From assembly GCA_965228855.1 (NCBI GenBank), contig CBDDIJ010000003.1, forward strand, positions 800,001-864,000: 64,000 nt of DNA. Direction: 5' to 3'. The position numbers were made by a program, and so were the translations under genes. Shown here piece after piece: positions 30,136 through 39,885 of the stretch. Position 1 is the first letter of the stretch, and each line of letters begins with the position of its first letter. The DNA comes from Candidatus Obscuribacterales bacterium. GTDB lineage: Bacteria; Cyanobacteriota; Vampirovibrionia; Obscuribacterales; Obscuribacteraceae. The notes below the pieces were generated by a model. It was not told the origin of the DNA and made no database searches. It saw nothing but the letters and a program-made list of their open reading frames with translations.

Positions 30136-30486
30136 ATGGACAACGAAATCAACACCTCTGGCGCGGCCTTTCTGCTCGACCTCGAATCTCAGCGGAAAAT
30201 TCCTGTTGTTATACCCGTGTGTCGTGTTGGTCGCGACATCGAAAACGATATTGTTCTCGCTGATGATACTTCGATTTCGAGATTTCATTCCGTCATCAAA
30301 CGAAATAATGATGAATACTCCGTTGAGGACGCCGAGAGCCGCAATGGTACGTTCGTGAATGGAACCAAGGTCACCGGTCCCGTCAAAGTCGTTGATGGCG
30401 ACACGCTCAAGCTTGGAAATATCACGTTCTGGTTTGTCATCGAAGCTGAAACCGAGAGCATTGTTGCCTCTACCAGTAGTGGCTAG
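30136..30486 (+). CDS. stand-alone FHA domain protein
   Basis: VGR..NDIVL.D..ISRFH, D..SRNGTFVNG and GD.LKLG. Confidence 0.9.
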   Translation: MDNEINTSGAAFLLDLESQRKIPVVIPVCRVGRDIENDIVLADDTSISRFHSVIKRNNDEYSVEDAESRNGTFVNGTKVTGPVKVVDGDTLKLGNITFWFVIEAETESIVASTSSG

Positions 30487-31297
30487 GCTCAGTTTCAGGA
30501 GAGTGATTCTCTGCCTGGTGATTACGTCTGTGCTCCTGCAAGGCGAGGGTGCCTGGGCGAACTGGCGTGATGACAATCCGAATCAACCCAACGGATACGC
30601 AGCCAGCATGTATCGCTATCATCACGGTACGCCTGATGATGACGGTCCGCACGATGGTTACCGTGCGTCGGAATTCAGGGCTAGAAATGGACTGGACCGA
30701 TTTGCACCGCCGTCGGAAGATGATTCCGGAGGTGGTGGACGCTGGGGCGATAGCGGCGGACGGTTCGGTGGCGGAAGCGGTCTGGGGCGTCACTTCCGGC
30801 AGGGGCAAGCGGAGAGTCAGGCGTTCTGGCAAAACCGTATGCAGGGCCAAATGCAAAATCAACTTAGCCCCGCAGGTGGTGCGGCACCCCTGCGGTCGAA
30901 TTACATGAGACAGGGTGTTTCCACTCAGCCTCGGCACTTTCAGCTCAATCCGCAGCAGTTTCCTGAGAGTTCGATGCAGCAAATGCCGATGTCGTCAGCA
31001 CCTATGCAGCATGTGCCTGGGCAACAAATGCGTCAGTATCCACCCAGGTATGAGACACGGGTCACCAACCCTGCAGGCGGCTACGCGCAGGGATTCGGAG
31101 CAGAGCTACCGACGGCGCCGGCCTTCCCGGGCAACTATGCCGTGCCGATGTCAAACAGTTATCACTACGCGCCAAATAGCACTGCGTATGGAAATCCGTC
31201 GGCTTTGCGTTCTGCTGTAATGCAACATCCGGTCGGCTCACTGTTACGGAACAGCCAGGGTGGTTTCAATCGAATTTATGCTCCTCAACAATACTGA
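30461..31297 (+). CDS. secreted low-complexity Gly/Gln/Pro-rich protein
   Basis: Signal-like segment ending AWA; disordered composition; start uncertain (TTG 30461 or GTG 30479). Confidence 0.6.
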   Translation: MLPLPVVARLSFRRVILCLVITSVLLQGEGAWANWRDDNPNQPNGYAASMYRYHHGTPDDDGPHDGYRASEFRARNGLDRFAPPSEDDSGGGGRWGDSGGRFGGGSGLGRHFRQGQAESQAFWQNRMQGQMQNQLSPAGGAAPLRSNYMRQGVSTQPRHFQLNPQQFPESSMQQMPMSSAPMQHVPGQQMRQYPPRYETRVTNPAGGYAQGFGAELPTAPAFPGNYAVPMSNSYHYAPNSTAYGNPSALRSAVMQHPVGSLLRNSQGGFNRIYAPQQY

Positions 31298-31552
31298 TAA
31301 TGCGCTGCTGGTTGGGCGGTCACCACATGTAGTGCAGACTTGAACGCGCTAAAGGGCAAAAATTAATTTGCCGGAATTTCGAGCTCGGGTAGATTTGAAA
31401 CTGTATTTCTCTACGGCAAAAGTATATCCAGACTGGATTTACAGTCGGCTGAATGGTTATCTGACGCATGTGCGTATAACCACATTAACAACATCAATCG
31501 GATTGATATAGGCTAGGATGTAAATAGGAACCCCCAGCTTCGGACGTCAATC

Positions 31553-31756
31553 ATGAAAAGGCAAGGAAAATCACCAAACCGCAAACCCGCCGAGAATGAA
31601 GGTGGTACGTCCAGGCGAGCAAGTTCCAAAAAATTCCGCTATGGCTGTCCCTGCCGGGATGGCTGTGAGCCACTGCCCGGGTTCAATCCTTCGAAGAACA
31701 AGCCGGCAACGGAAACGAAGGTCGAAACTCAGGTGGCCGATTCCGACGACATCTAG
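31553..31756 (+). CDS. small hypothetical protein with CPCRDGC motif
   Basis: 67-aa ORF filling an intergenic gap; weak RBS. Confidence 0.35.
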   Translation: MKRQGKSPNRKPAENEGGTSRRASSKKFRYGCPCRDGCEPLPGFNPSKNKPATETKVETQVADSDDI

Positions 31757-31778
31757 TTAGCACGCCAGTTTTTCTCGA

Positions 31779-32729
31779 TTACTCGGATTTGCTTTTGCTG
31801 TCTTTGGGCGTGGCATCAGCGGCTTCTTGTTTTTTCGCTGTATCGTCGGCGGTTTTGTTGGTTGCCGACCCGTCTGCAGAGGCTCCTTTGTCTTCACTCA
31901 GGGCGCGAATGGCGAGCTTCAGTTTCGTTAGATATGTGTCGGGCTCCGCGAACCCGGAGATGTTCGTATTTGCCTTTTTATTGACGTCCAGTATGCAAGT
32001 GCACGGGAATCCGGTGACCTTCAGTGCTGAGGCTAGCGATGTTCCTTCTCCCTTATCCTCTGCGTTTAGCTTCACGCACACGAAGTGGTCATTCATGAAC
32101 TTGGCGACAAATGGGTCTGAAAATGTCTTCTGGTCCATGACTTTGCACCATCCACACCAGTCGGTGTAGACGTCGATCAAGATCAATTTGTCGGTTTTCT
32201 CTTTGCCATCGATAAGGGGCGCAACATCCTTTCGCCAGGTGATCTTTGCATCCGGACGTGTCTCTGTTGTTAGACGTTCGAGCTTTGTGTCCATAACAAT
32301 TTCGCCGGCCACGTCTTTCCGGTCAACGCAAAGTTGTTTCACCTTTCTCAGGTCTGCGATAGCCTTTTCCTTTTGATTGTCACCGAGATAGGCTTCGGCT
32401 CTCATTATGTAGAGATTGTCTTCATCCGGGCTGTTGGTGATCGCGATGTTCAACGAATCAACTGCCTCTTTGAACTTTTTGTCTTGCGTTAAAATCAGTG
32501 CTTTGGCCGCATATGCCACGAAGAATTTCGGGTCTATCGCGATGGCACTATCCAGTTCTTCCAGCGCTTTCTTTGCATCGCCGGCTTTATGGCTCGCGAG
32601 GGCCTGTTTGACTAATTCACGATACTTCGGGTCCGATTCCTTTTGCTCTTCAGCGAACGCTGCACCTGTGGTCAAAAGAACTGAGACTGCCAGGCAGGCT
32701 AGTGCGCGAGCGAATGGAGCTAGAAACAT
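31779..32729 (-). CDS. periplasmic TPR + thioredoxin-fold protein
   Basis: Signal peptide; TPRs; DVYTDWCGWCKVMD and VTGFP. Confidence 0.88.
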   Translation of the reverse strand: MFLAPFARALACLAVSVLLTTGAAFAEEQKESDPKYRELVKQALASHKAGDAKKALEELDSAIAIDPKFFVAYAAKALILTQDKKFKEAVDSLNIAITNSPDEDNLYIMRAEAYLGDNQKEKAIADLRKVKQLCVDRKDVAGEIVMDTKLERLTTETRPDAKITWRKDVAPLIDGKEKTDKLILIDVYTDWCGWCKVMDQKTFSDPFVAKFMNDHFVCVKLNAEDKGEGTSLASALKVTGFPCTCILDVNKKANTNISGFAEPDTYLTKLKLAIRALSEDKGASADGSATNKTADDTAKKQEAADATPKDSKSKSE

Positions 32730-32848
32730 GATGATCTCCAAAGTAGGTTTATCTGTGCAGCTTAGCAGGTTTGCGCAAACTAATCCCATTCAACCTGCGG
32801 CGCTTCGTGCCTTCTTTTCAGTGGCACGATTGTGTGGTGGCAGGCCAT

Positions 32849-34075
32849 TTATTCCTGTGACGGGCGGAGAAGCGAATCCAGTTTTTCCTGCAGCTTTTCC
32901 ATGAAAACTTCTCGCAGTTTTCGAACCGCCGAGAGCTTGTTTTGAGTGTATTCCTCTACAAATGGTGAGACGTCGATGGCTTCACCGGGCGAGATGACGC
33001 ATGATTGGCGGCCCTTCGGCGTAATCAGTCCGTTTACTTCGCTCTCTATGAAATCCAAAATTCTGCAGTTTTGAATTGGTTTTTCGCGGTGCAAAAGCAT
33101 CCGTTGAAGAATGAGGAGACGCTCTATGCGCTCGAAGTCGCTTCTCAAGCTCGGCTTGGGAAGACCTGCACAGTGAAATGCTTTTGGGTTGGTTGCCACG
33201 GAATTAATTTCTAAATCGCCTTCAACGTGGTTGCGAACGAAATAAAGCTTCTCGATCAACGATAGTGATTCTTCCGGCTCAACATTTTGACTAATAGAAA
33301 TGCGCTCGAGAATCTCTTTGCCAGCCAATTCCGAGAGATGTTCCAGGCTGCCATCCGGTCGTTGGAGACCGTATGAGCTGAATACTTTTGACAGGTAAGC
33401 ATCGATGACAGCATCGATTTGCTCGACTATCTTTTTGTTTTTATCGTGCTTGATTCCGAGTCGCTTACCAATCTCTTTAACGGCGGGGGAAACTGCGATT
33501 TCTAAACTATCTTCCAGTGAAAATTTGATGGCCGCAGGAATGAGCACGACCGGCGCTTCTCCCTTAACCGAGTTTTTGTCCTTCTTGTTCAAATCATCCT
33601 GAACGTCAAGCACTATATGGAAAATGGCTTTCTGCATATGATGCAGTTCTTCATAGTCTGCTGTTATTTCCGCTTCTGGAAAAACAACCAGCTTCTTTTT
33701 TGCCTCCGTCAGGATTTTTTTTGTTCTGGAAATGGAGTGAAAGTCAGCCTTTCCGCGAGCGACGGAGTAGCAACCGAGGCTTTGGAAGAGCCAACCGCGC
33801 CAACCGTTGTCCCAGTCAAAGCATTCTCTGGCGACGATCACGTAGAACTGTTGGTTGAGGTGATCGGCTAGTTTGAATAATGCGAATGGATCCTGGCGGT
33901 CAGGATGGTTTAAAAGAATTACTGCGCGTTTGTGTTGCTTTACGGCTTCGAGAAGTTCTTTGCTGCCGCGAACCTCGATCGAAAGTCGCTCTCTATATTT
34001 CAGCCAGAGAGGAAAGACGAGTCTGAAAAAGCCGATTACTAACTGGTTTGGTTTAGGCTCTTTGAACTCGGACAT
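32849..34075 (-). CDS. glycerolipid acyltransferase (PlsC family, cyanobacterial long type)
   Basis: NHPDRQD (NHX4D), LGCYSVARG and FPEAE motifs; start could lie up to 34162. Confidence 0.85.
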   Translation of the reverse strand: MSEFKEPKPNQLVIGFFRLVFPLWLKYRERLSIEVRGSKELLEAVKQHKRAVILLNHPDRQDPFALFKLADHLNQQFYVIVARECFDWDNGWRGWLFQSLGCYSVARGKADFHSISRTKKILTEAKKKLVVFPEAEITADYEELHHMQKAIFHIVLDVQDDLNKKDKNSVKGEAPVVLIPAAIKFSLEDSLEIAVSPAVKEIGKRLGIKHDKNKKIVEQIDAVIDAYLSKVFSSYGLQRPDGSLEHLSELAGKEILERISISQNVEPEESLSLIEKLYFVRNHVEGDLEINSVATNPKAFHCAGLPKPSLRSDFERIERLLILQRMLLHREKPIQNCRILDFIESEVNGLITPKGRQSCVISPGEAIDVSPFVEEYTQNKLSAVRKLREVFMEKLQEKLDSLLRPSQE

Positions 34076-34183
34076 CTGGATTGCTTGGAAACCTGTTTTG
34101 CTTTGGCGCCTATAGGCTACGTGCGTTTTGGCTGTCATGAATGATAGAGTACTAATCTGCATTTAGCACAAGGATGGAGAGCT

Positions 34184-34618
34184 ATGAAAATTCAGCTCAT
34201 TCGGCAACTCTCGGAGCTCGATGGCGGAGAATTCTTAGAGATTTTTCCAGGTCCGTATAAGGGACGATCATGGAATGAGCAGTCTGTTTATGTCGAGGAT
34301 CGCGCCTTCTCGTTGTTTGAGGGGCTAGTCAAGCGTCATGCGGATAATTTTGACAATCGAGCGAACACTCAGATTTCAAAAGAGCAATGGGAATCCATTA
34401 TCAATGATTTAGATGCTCTCAGCGCAGCGCTTGCAAAATCAAGCCGTATAGACGATTTGACCGGTCACGTTTCTTTTCGAGATGCCACTATAAGTGGTGA
34501 GTTCGCTGCCGACTTCCAGGGTAATAAGGCGAAGCTCTTGTCGTTGATAGGCGATTGGAAAACGTGGCTGAAGCAGGAGATGGACAACCAAACCGTGATT
34601 TCTATTTTAGGAATTTGA
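34184..34618 (+). CDS. hypothetical protein
   Basis: GGAG RBS; 144-aa ORF ending ISILGI. Confidence 0.7.
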   Translation: MKIQLIRQLSELDGGEFLEIFPGPYKGRSWNEQSVYVEDRAFSLFEGLVKRHADNFDNRANTQISKEQWESIINDLDALSAALAKSSRIDDLTGHVSFRDATISGEFAADFQGNKAKLLSLIGDWKTWLKQEMDNQTVISILGI

Positions 34619-34759
34619 AACGTGTGCGGACAACTTGCGCAGAATTTGCAGGCGATCGCGCCTTATTCATAAATCACCGCGTTTTGAACAATTGCCTGGT
34701 ATGTTATTTGCTGCCGGTCTAACCGGTTTAGAATATGGCAGTCGGCGAAGGTTTAGACA

Positions 34760-36430
34760 GTGAAAATTACCAGGGTTCAATCGTGGACGTTAATGCTTGC
34801 TTCGACTGTTTTTATGGTTGGGAGCGATGCAATGGCGTCGTCCATGCCGCGAACTTCTGTGGGGACGGGTATCTCGCAAGAGGAGAATGATGCTTCGTCC
34901 GTCGGGTCCTTATCCGACATCGATCAATTTACTAATGCTCAAACCGTTGGTCGTGCAACCGCATCTGATACCACTTCGCATTTCAATCTGGATGAAAGTC
35001 AAGTTCTGGCAGCTGAAACACCAATCCTGGATGCCGCATCAGACGGTTTGATTGCACAGGGCGATATACCTCAGACACCAATTCTCAGGGAAGGCATCAG
35101 CACTAGCCCGTCTAACCTGGAAACCCAGATCGATAATTTGTCGCTGCAGATACTTTTGAAGCAGGTCGACCTGGAGCGCTATAGTATCCATTACAACCAG
35201 GAGGCTGTGAAACAGGGGCGCTGGAAGGGCTGGCGATACGGCTTTTGGAATGAAGTGAACTCCGGCCTCGCGCTTGGTGGTGGTATCACATCCGTGGCAA
35301 ACCGGGGCAAATATTTGCACAATCCTGGCGGTGTGAGGCGTCGGACTCAAGAAGGCGCCAACATAGTGCCGATGGTTGGTTCCATTATCGCAGCAAGCGC
35401 TGCTGGTGGCGAATTCGGTATCAACTTGATGCACGAGTTTCAGGCTCACCAGAAGGGTTATGGCTCTAACCAGGCCAAACAGAAAATTCTGGCTTTGCGC
35501 GGCGAGATCAATGAGTTGTTGGAGAAGCGCGACAGCCTGGTACGAGTTGAGGCTTCCGATCCGACTCTGGCTGGTCGCTTTGAAATCGACCAGATTGAAG
35601 GACGAGTTTTGCGCGATATGCGCGATCAGAAATTACAGCAGTTTGAGCGCTTCCATCTAGCCAAGCGAAGGCAGTATTGGTTTCAACAAATGCAGTACCT
35701 CTTCGACATTGCGAAGAACGTGACGAATGCGGTCGGCTGCGAACAAGCCTATCAGTCCTTACACAAACGGCATCGTTACTATAACGGCAATGCCGGTGTA
35801 CTTTTCGTCGTATCGGGTGGATTGACGATGGTGGGTCCGGTCGCCAGTCGCGTGTTCGGGAAAGTGATGGTGGAGCAGCAACGGCGATCCCTGCGAGGTA
35901 TTACCCGAACAAACGAGGATGCCACACTTGCTCAACTCAAGAGCGATCACGCGGCCCTGGATCAGCTGACGAAAAGCGGAAAGATACCGGCAGAAAAGGT
36001 TGATGTCGTGTTGAACAGATCAGCTGTTTATGCCAATGGCGAGAAACAGTTTGAAAACGAAATTCGGAAAAGCGAATCTGCAAACGCCAGAGCGAAACTG
36101 GTGGCAACACAGAATATCGGTGCTGCCCAGTACGTTGGTGGCTCCAAGGTGGCAAGCGGCATTCTGTTCATTTTGCCGGGGTATGACAGTCGCTACAACA
36201 CCAAGGGGTACCGGTCCGACCGCGCCACCAACAACGATCTGTTCGCATCTGCGGTCGTCGGATTGCCGGCAACGACGTTCTCCATAATCGATACATTGAG
36301 AATCAATATTCAGGGCGAAATCGCACGCCAGAAGCAGCTTAGAGCCGGAACCCATCCAAGCCAACTTGCTAAGAAACGATTGCAAGAGTTAGATGAGCTT
36401 GAAGCTTCAATAAAGGCGGATATGCGCTAG
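34760..36430 (+). CDS. secreted/membrane coiled-coil hypothetical protein
   Basis: Signal peptide; three repeats of coiled coil plus Gly/Ala-rich hydrophobic hairpin. Confidence 0.75.
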   Translation: MKITRVQSWTLMLASTVFMVGSDAMASSMPRTSVGTGISQEENDASSVGSLSDIDQFTNAQTVGRATASDTTSHFNLDESQVLAAETPILDAASDGLIAQGDIPQTPILREGISTSPSNLETQIDNLSLQILLKQVDLERYSIHYNQEAVKQGRWKGWRYGFWNEVNSGLALGGGITSVANRGKYLHNPGGVRRRTQEGANIVPMVGSIIAASAAGGEFGINLMHEFQAHQKGYGSNQAKQKILALRGEINELLEKRDSLVRVEASDPTLAGRFEIDQIEGRVLRDMRDQKLQQFERFHLAKRRQYWFQQMQYLFDIAKNVTNAVGCEQAYQSLHKRHRYYNGNAGVLFVVSGGLTMVGPVASRVFGKVMVEQQRRSLRGITRTNEDATLAQLKSDHAALDQLTKSGKIPAEKVDVVLNRSAVYANGEKQFENEIRKSESANARAKLVATQNIGAAQYVGGSKVASGILFILPGYDSRYNTKGYRSDRATNNDLFASAVVGLPATTFSIIDTLRINIQGEIARQKQLRAGTHPSQLAKKRLQELDELEASIKADMR

Positions 36431-36655
36431 CGCAAAAGCTGAAGATTAAACACCGGTCACAAGCGATTGTGCAGCTTGGGCAACTGGTTTCGCCGCCAAG
36501 TGTAATCAAGCCTGCATTCGGGGGTTCTCAGTCGTCCGGAATTCAGACTTGTCATACTACGAGGGGAAAAAAAATCACCCTTTCGTCCGATTGTGGATCG
36601 ATTATCCAAATGCGAATATGCAATTGGTTACCAGTCCCGCATGTCGGCAAATACC

Positions 36656-36931
36656 ATGGAAAACGACCGCCAGCCATATCTTGAGTGTGAAACCCAGACA
36701 CGGGACCGTCCTGAGTTTTGGGAAACCATAAGCATTAGCAATTCCAGTCGCAGCATAGAGCGAATCGTCAACGGTCAGCAGCGTCGCCTATACGACATTG
36801 ACCATCCGGATTACGATATGGTTATTGAGAACGCCAAACGCTACTACCCGCAGTTAGCGCCTGGGCGAATTTGCTATTACTATCGCTTTGCCGATGGCCG
36901 CGAAAAGGTCGAAACAAAGAATTTCGACTGA
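36656..36931 (+). CDS. hypothetical protein
   Basis: Best ORF in the gap; start uncertain (36593-36656). Confidence 0.4.
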   Translation: MENDRQPYLECETQTRDRPEFWETISISNSSRSIERIVNGQQRRLYDIDHPDYDMVIENAKRYYPQLAPGRICYYYRFADGREKVETKNFD

Positions 36932-37060
36932 GCCACAGAGGGCTTATAATGTCTTGGCGCTATAGAAGCGTCAGGCAAATCCTTTTCGGCAAGATTTTTG
37001 AAACATCCACATCTCCAGCAACATATTTGCTCTCACTGTTCGGCGCGTACTGAATCAGGC

Positions 37061-37495
37061 ATGACCGATCACGAATTTGCACAACTGCTATCGCTTTGCG
37101 ACCGTGAATTTGTAGAGAAGCAAGAGAAATTTCAGATGTGGATTGCCACTAGCGGGATGTGGTTTTACGACCTTGAAGAATGTACTCTCACCTTGGGCGA
37201 TACGAAGTTTGATGTAACGCCGATTGGAACTTTCGGCACAAACTCCGGTACGTGGCTCTGGGCCTGGGCAAACAGTGAATTTCCGCCGAAAGCTATCGAG
37301 CGCTCGGAAAAATTGAAGTGTTTGTACGAATTGACGGGATGGGAAGTGTTCGAAAATCCCGGCACTCATGCGACCATTGATGAGTTGCAAATATTCAATT
37401 TGCTGGCTATCCATATTCTGGACGCAGTCGGTTTGTTTAAGGATGGGGAGGGCGGCGAGCCGGCTATGTACCTTGCAGTTCACGAGGCGCAATAA
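37061..37495 (+). CDS. DUF6882-like protein
   Basis: WFYDL...L, IGTF...SGTWLWAWAN motif. Confidence 0.7.
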   Translation: MTDHEFAQLLSLCDREFVEKQEKFQMWIATSGMWFYDLEECTLTLGDTKFDVTPIGTFGTNSGTWLWAWANSEFPPKAIERSEKLKCLYELTGWEVFENPGTHATIDELQIFNLLAIHILDAVGLFKDGEGGEPAMYLAVHEAQ

Positions 37496-37550
37496 CCTTT
37501 GCAGTTCGCACCACCAACGGTGCTTTTCCTTCAATTGTCCCAAGCGTGAT

Positions 37551-38423
37551 CTATGGATCTTCTTCCTCCAGATTGATTTGAAAGCGTGCGCCATGCTTTG
37601 CCAGATTATCCAGATCTTGTTTGTCCTTGATGGTGCTCTCTGCAAGGTCGCCGTCACTCTCGTAACGTGGCGGGCCAAGAGCGTTTAGCAGAAACTCGTA
37701 TTGGCGACGGCGCTGTTGGTCGGTGATATCTTCGATGTTCATTCTGATCAAGTGAAATGTAATCAGTTCGCCATCGCGGAGTACAGTTACATCCACTGGC
37801 GTTCCTGCGCGTCCACCTACTATCTGCCAGAGCACTCGCTGAGCCTCTCCATGTTTGAAAACATGATTTTTTGCTTTGACAAGCAGGTCGCCTTTTCGCA
37901 TTCCTGCTCGCTCGGCAGGTCCATCTTTCAGAAGACCCGTAACTGTCGGACCACCGGAGCCGAAAACTGGAGTAAGCGCGTCGAGTCCGATGATTCCGTA
38001 TTCCATTTTTCTATACTCTTCCGGTGAGAGCATCGGTTTTCGCTTGCCCAGGTCAAGTGCCGGATTCGTGCTGGTGCCGGCCATTAGTTTAAACAGTCCC
38101 TGTGAGTTGCGAATCAGTTCGCGAAGGCTTTGCTTCTCAATTTTGACTGTTCTAGTTTCTACCAACTCCGTGTCAACAGTAGAATCGTTTTGCTCAACCC
38201 CACCATTCAAAACTTTTTGCTGTTCGCTCTGAGTTTTCGCTGGTGCAGTCGTGTCTATCGCGCCTGTCTGTTCTTCGATTTGGGCAATCGTTTCTCCGGC
38301 AAAGGCTGAGCTATGAAGTGAAAAGCAAATCAGCAAAGACATGGCAAAGCTGGTGCCATGAACTGACCCTCTTGAATAGCTGCTGACTTTGGACGCTCTG
38401 TCCATTAGGGGCTCCTCCTCCAC
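37551..38423 (-). CDS. periplasmic PDZ domain protein
   Basis: GIIGL, GPAERAGMRKGD and GRAGTPVDVTVLRDG. Confidence 0.82.
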   Translation of the reverse strand: MEEEPLMDRASKVSSYSRGSVHGTSFAMSLLICFSLHSSAFAGETIAQIEEQTGAIDTTAPAKTQSEQQKVLNGGVEQNDSTVDTELVETRTVKIEKQSLRELIRNSQGLFKLMAGTSTNPALDLGKRKPMLSPEEYRKMEYGIIGLDALTPVFGSGGPTVTGLLKDGPAERAGMRKGDLLVKAKNHVFKHGEAQRVLWQIVGGRAGTPVDVTVLRDGELITFHLIRMNIEDITDQQRRRQYEFLLNALGPPRYESDGDLAESTIKDKQDLDNLAKHGARFQINLEEEDP

Positions 38424-38653
38424 TCTGCAACCTAAGGTGCTTTACAGCGCGGAATTGAAAAATAGGAAGGAATTCATAACTCATCCAGGACAAAGCCGCA
38501 ACCGCGCTGGGAGGGGGATAAACTGAGATTCGAACTTGTGAAAATGGCTGCTGTTTCACAGAGCTTTCTATCGAGCCTGCGTTAATTCGTTATACTTCAA
38601 AACGATTATGGATACCGGAGTTCCTTTCAAAATCTCACGCAGATGGAGGTTGT

Positions 38654-38992
38654 ATGTTCAGCAGAGTGGTACTAATCACGATATCGGTGGCGCTGCTGAT
38701 GTGTGCCGGATATCTGGTCAGCGACTTTCTTGCCAAGGAACGCTCCTTAAGCGTCCAAGCCATTGTTCGGGATTACCTAAAGCGAGGCCCGACACCGATG
38801 TATCAGAGCGAACCCAAAGTTGTTGCTCAGAAATACGGAGGAGCGGATCCTCACGGCGATGATCCACATGGCGACGATCCTCATGATGAAGTTCACGATT
38901 CCAAGCTTCCGGCTAATCAGGCTAAAAGCAGTGCTAAAGCACCCCGCGATGTTTATGGTGACACGGTTCCAAATAGTCAACAGCCTTACTAA
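38654..38992 (+). CDS. small membrane-anchored protein with DPH repeats
   Basis: GGAGG RBS; N-terminal TM; ADPHGDDPHGDDPHDEVH. Confidence 0.7.
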   Translation: MFSRVVLITISVALLMCAGYLVSDFLAKERSLSVQAIVRDYLKRGPTPMYQSEPKVVAQKYGGADPHGDDPHGDDPHDEVHDSKLPANQAKSSAKAPRDVYGDTVPNSQQPY

Positions 38993-39009
38993 GGTTTTTA
39001 CGCAAAATA

Positions 39010-39036
39010 AAAGCAGCGGCTTTTGACCGCTGCTTT
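39010..39036. terminator. bidirectional intrinsic terminator
   Basis: aaagcagcgg ... ccgctgcttt between convergent genes. Confidence 0.7.
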
Positions 39037-39057
39037 CAACAGATAAATTTGAGATGT

Positions 39058-39573
39058 TTATGACTGTTTGCGTTGAATGTGCGATTCAATAAACCAGAGT
39101 TTTTTATCTACTTCACGCGAGATTTCGACGTAAAGGTCGTTGGTGTCCTGGTCTTCCCATTCGTCACACTTTTTGATGCCTTCACGCAAGTGCTTGCCGA
39201 AAGCTGCAAGTCTTTCTGCGAGTGCATTGAGATGGTCCTCTTCGCTCATTTTAGATACGTCCGGGTATTCTTTGATAAATGAGTGCTCGGCGGCATTGCG
39301 CGCGGTACCATGAGCGATGCTACCAAGTGCGGTGGCACGCTCTGCAATCATGTCGATAGGCTCGTAAACTGCAGCGGCAACGTCGTCGAATAGCAGGTGA
39401 AGCTGGTAGAAATCCTTTCCTTTGACATTCCAATGGGCTTGTTTGGTTTGGGTCCAGAGGTCGAGACAAGCTGCTAGAGTTTCGTTCAAAAGTTCGGCCA
39501 CTTTTGAGCGGGTGGTTTCGGGCAGGTCGATTCTACTTGAATAAAGATGTGTAGCTTTGGTTTTGGTACTCAT
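39058..39573 (-). CDS. dps: DNA starvation/stationary phase protection protein Dps
   Basis: KQAHWNVKG..F..LHLLFD, DMIAER, DTNDL and DKKLWFIESH. Confidence 0.95.
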   Translation of the reverse strand: MSTKTKATHLYSSRIDLPETTRSKVAELLNETLAACLDLWTQTKQAHWNVKGKDFYQLHLLFDDVAAAVYEPIDMIAERATALGSIAHGTARNAAEHSFIKEYPDVSKMSEEDHLNALAERLAAFGKHLREGIKKCDEWEDQDTNDLYVEISREVDKKLWFIESHIQRKQS

Positions 39574-39885
39574 GGCAATACGTCCTTGTATATACAGCGG
39601 CTAAGAAGTGCATATTCTTTCAGACCGGAACCTACGTGTAAAGTCGTTGGTTCTTGTGTGTGGCAGCGCCGTTCAGCTGTGCCTCTGCCGACGTCATGGA
39701 CCTGGACTTTCGCCTTCGAGTATACCGGTGTGCTTGCCAAGCGGCGTGGGTTTTCACCTTCATGATAAGCTAATCTCGCTTCAGGCAATTTCGGCATGGT
39801 CGTTGTGGTTTTCACCGTTCTATAAGTGAAGCCCGCTTGCATAAAGCTTCGATTGTAGTGCCGTATCTGGTGGCACATTAGGTTA

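Noticed and set aside
30359..30486. Programmed frameshift fusing FHA to the downstream ORF
   Set aside because: No slippery sequence; the downstream ORF has its own plausible starts and signal peptide.
36469..36731. Possible frameshifted gene around the G4A8 run near 36562
   Set aside because: Joined frames give no recognisable protein; unsupported without homology data.
39570..39878. ORFs between dps and the ABM gene
   Set aside because: No RBS or family signal; the region more likely holds divergent promoters.
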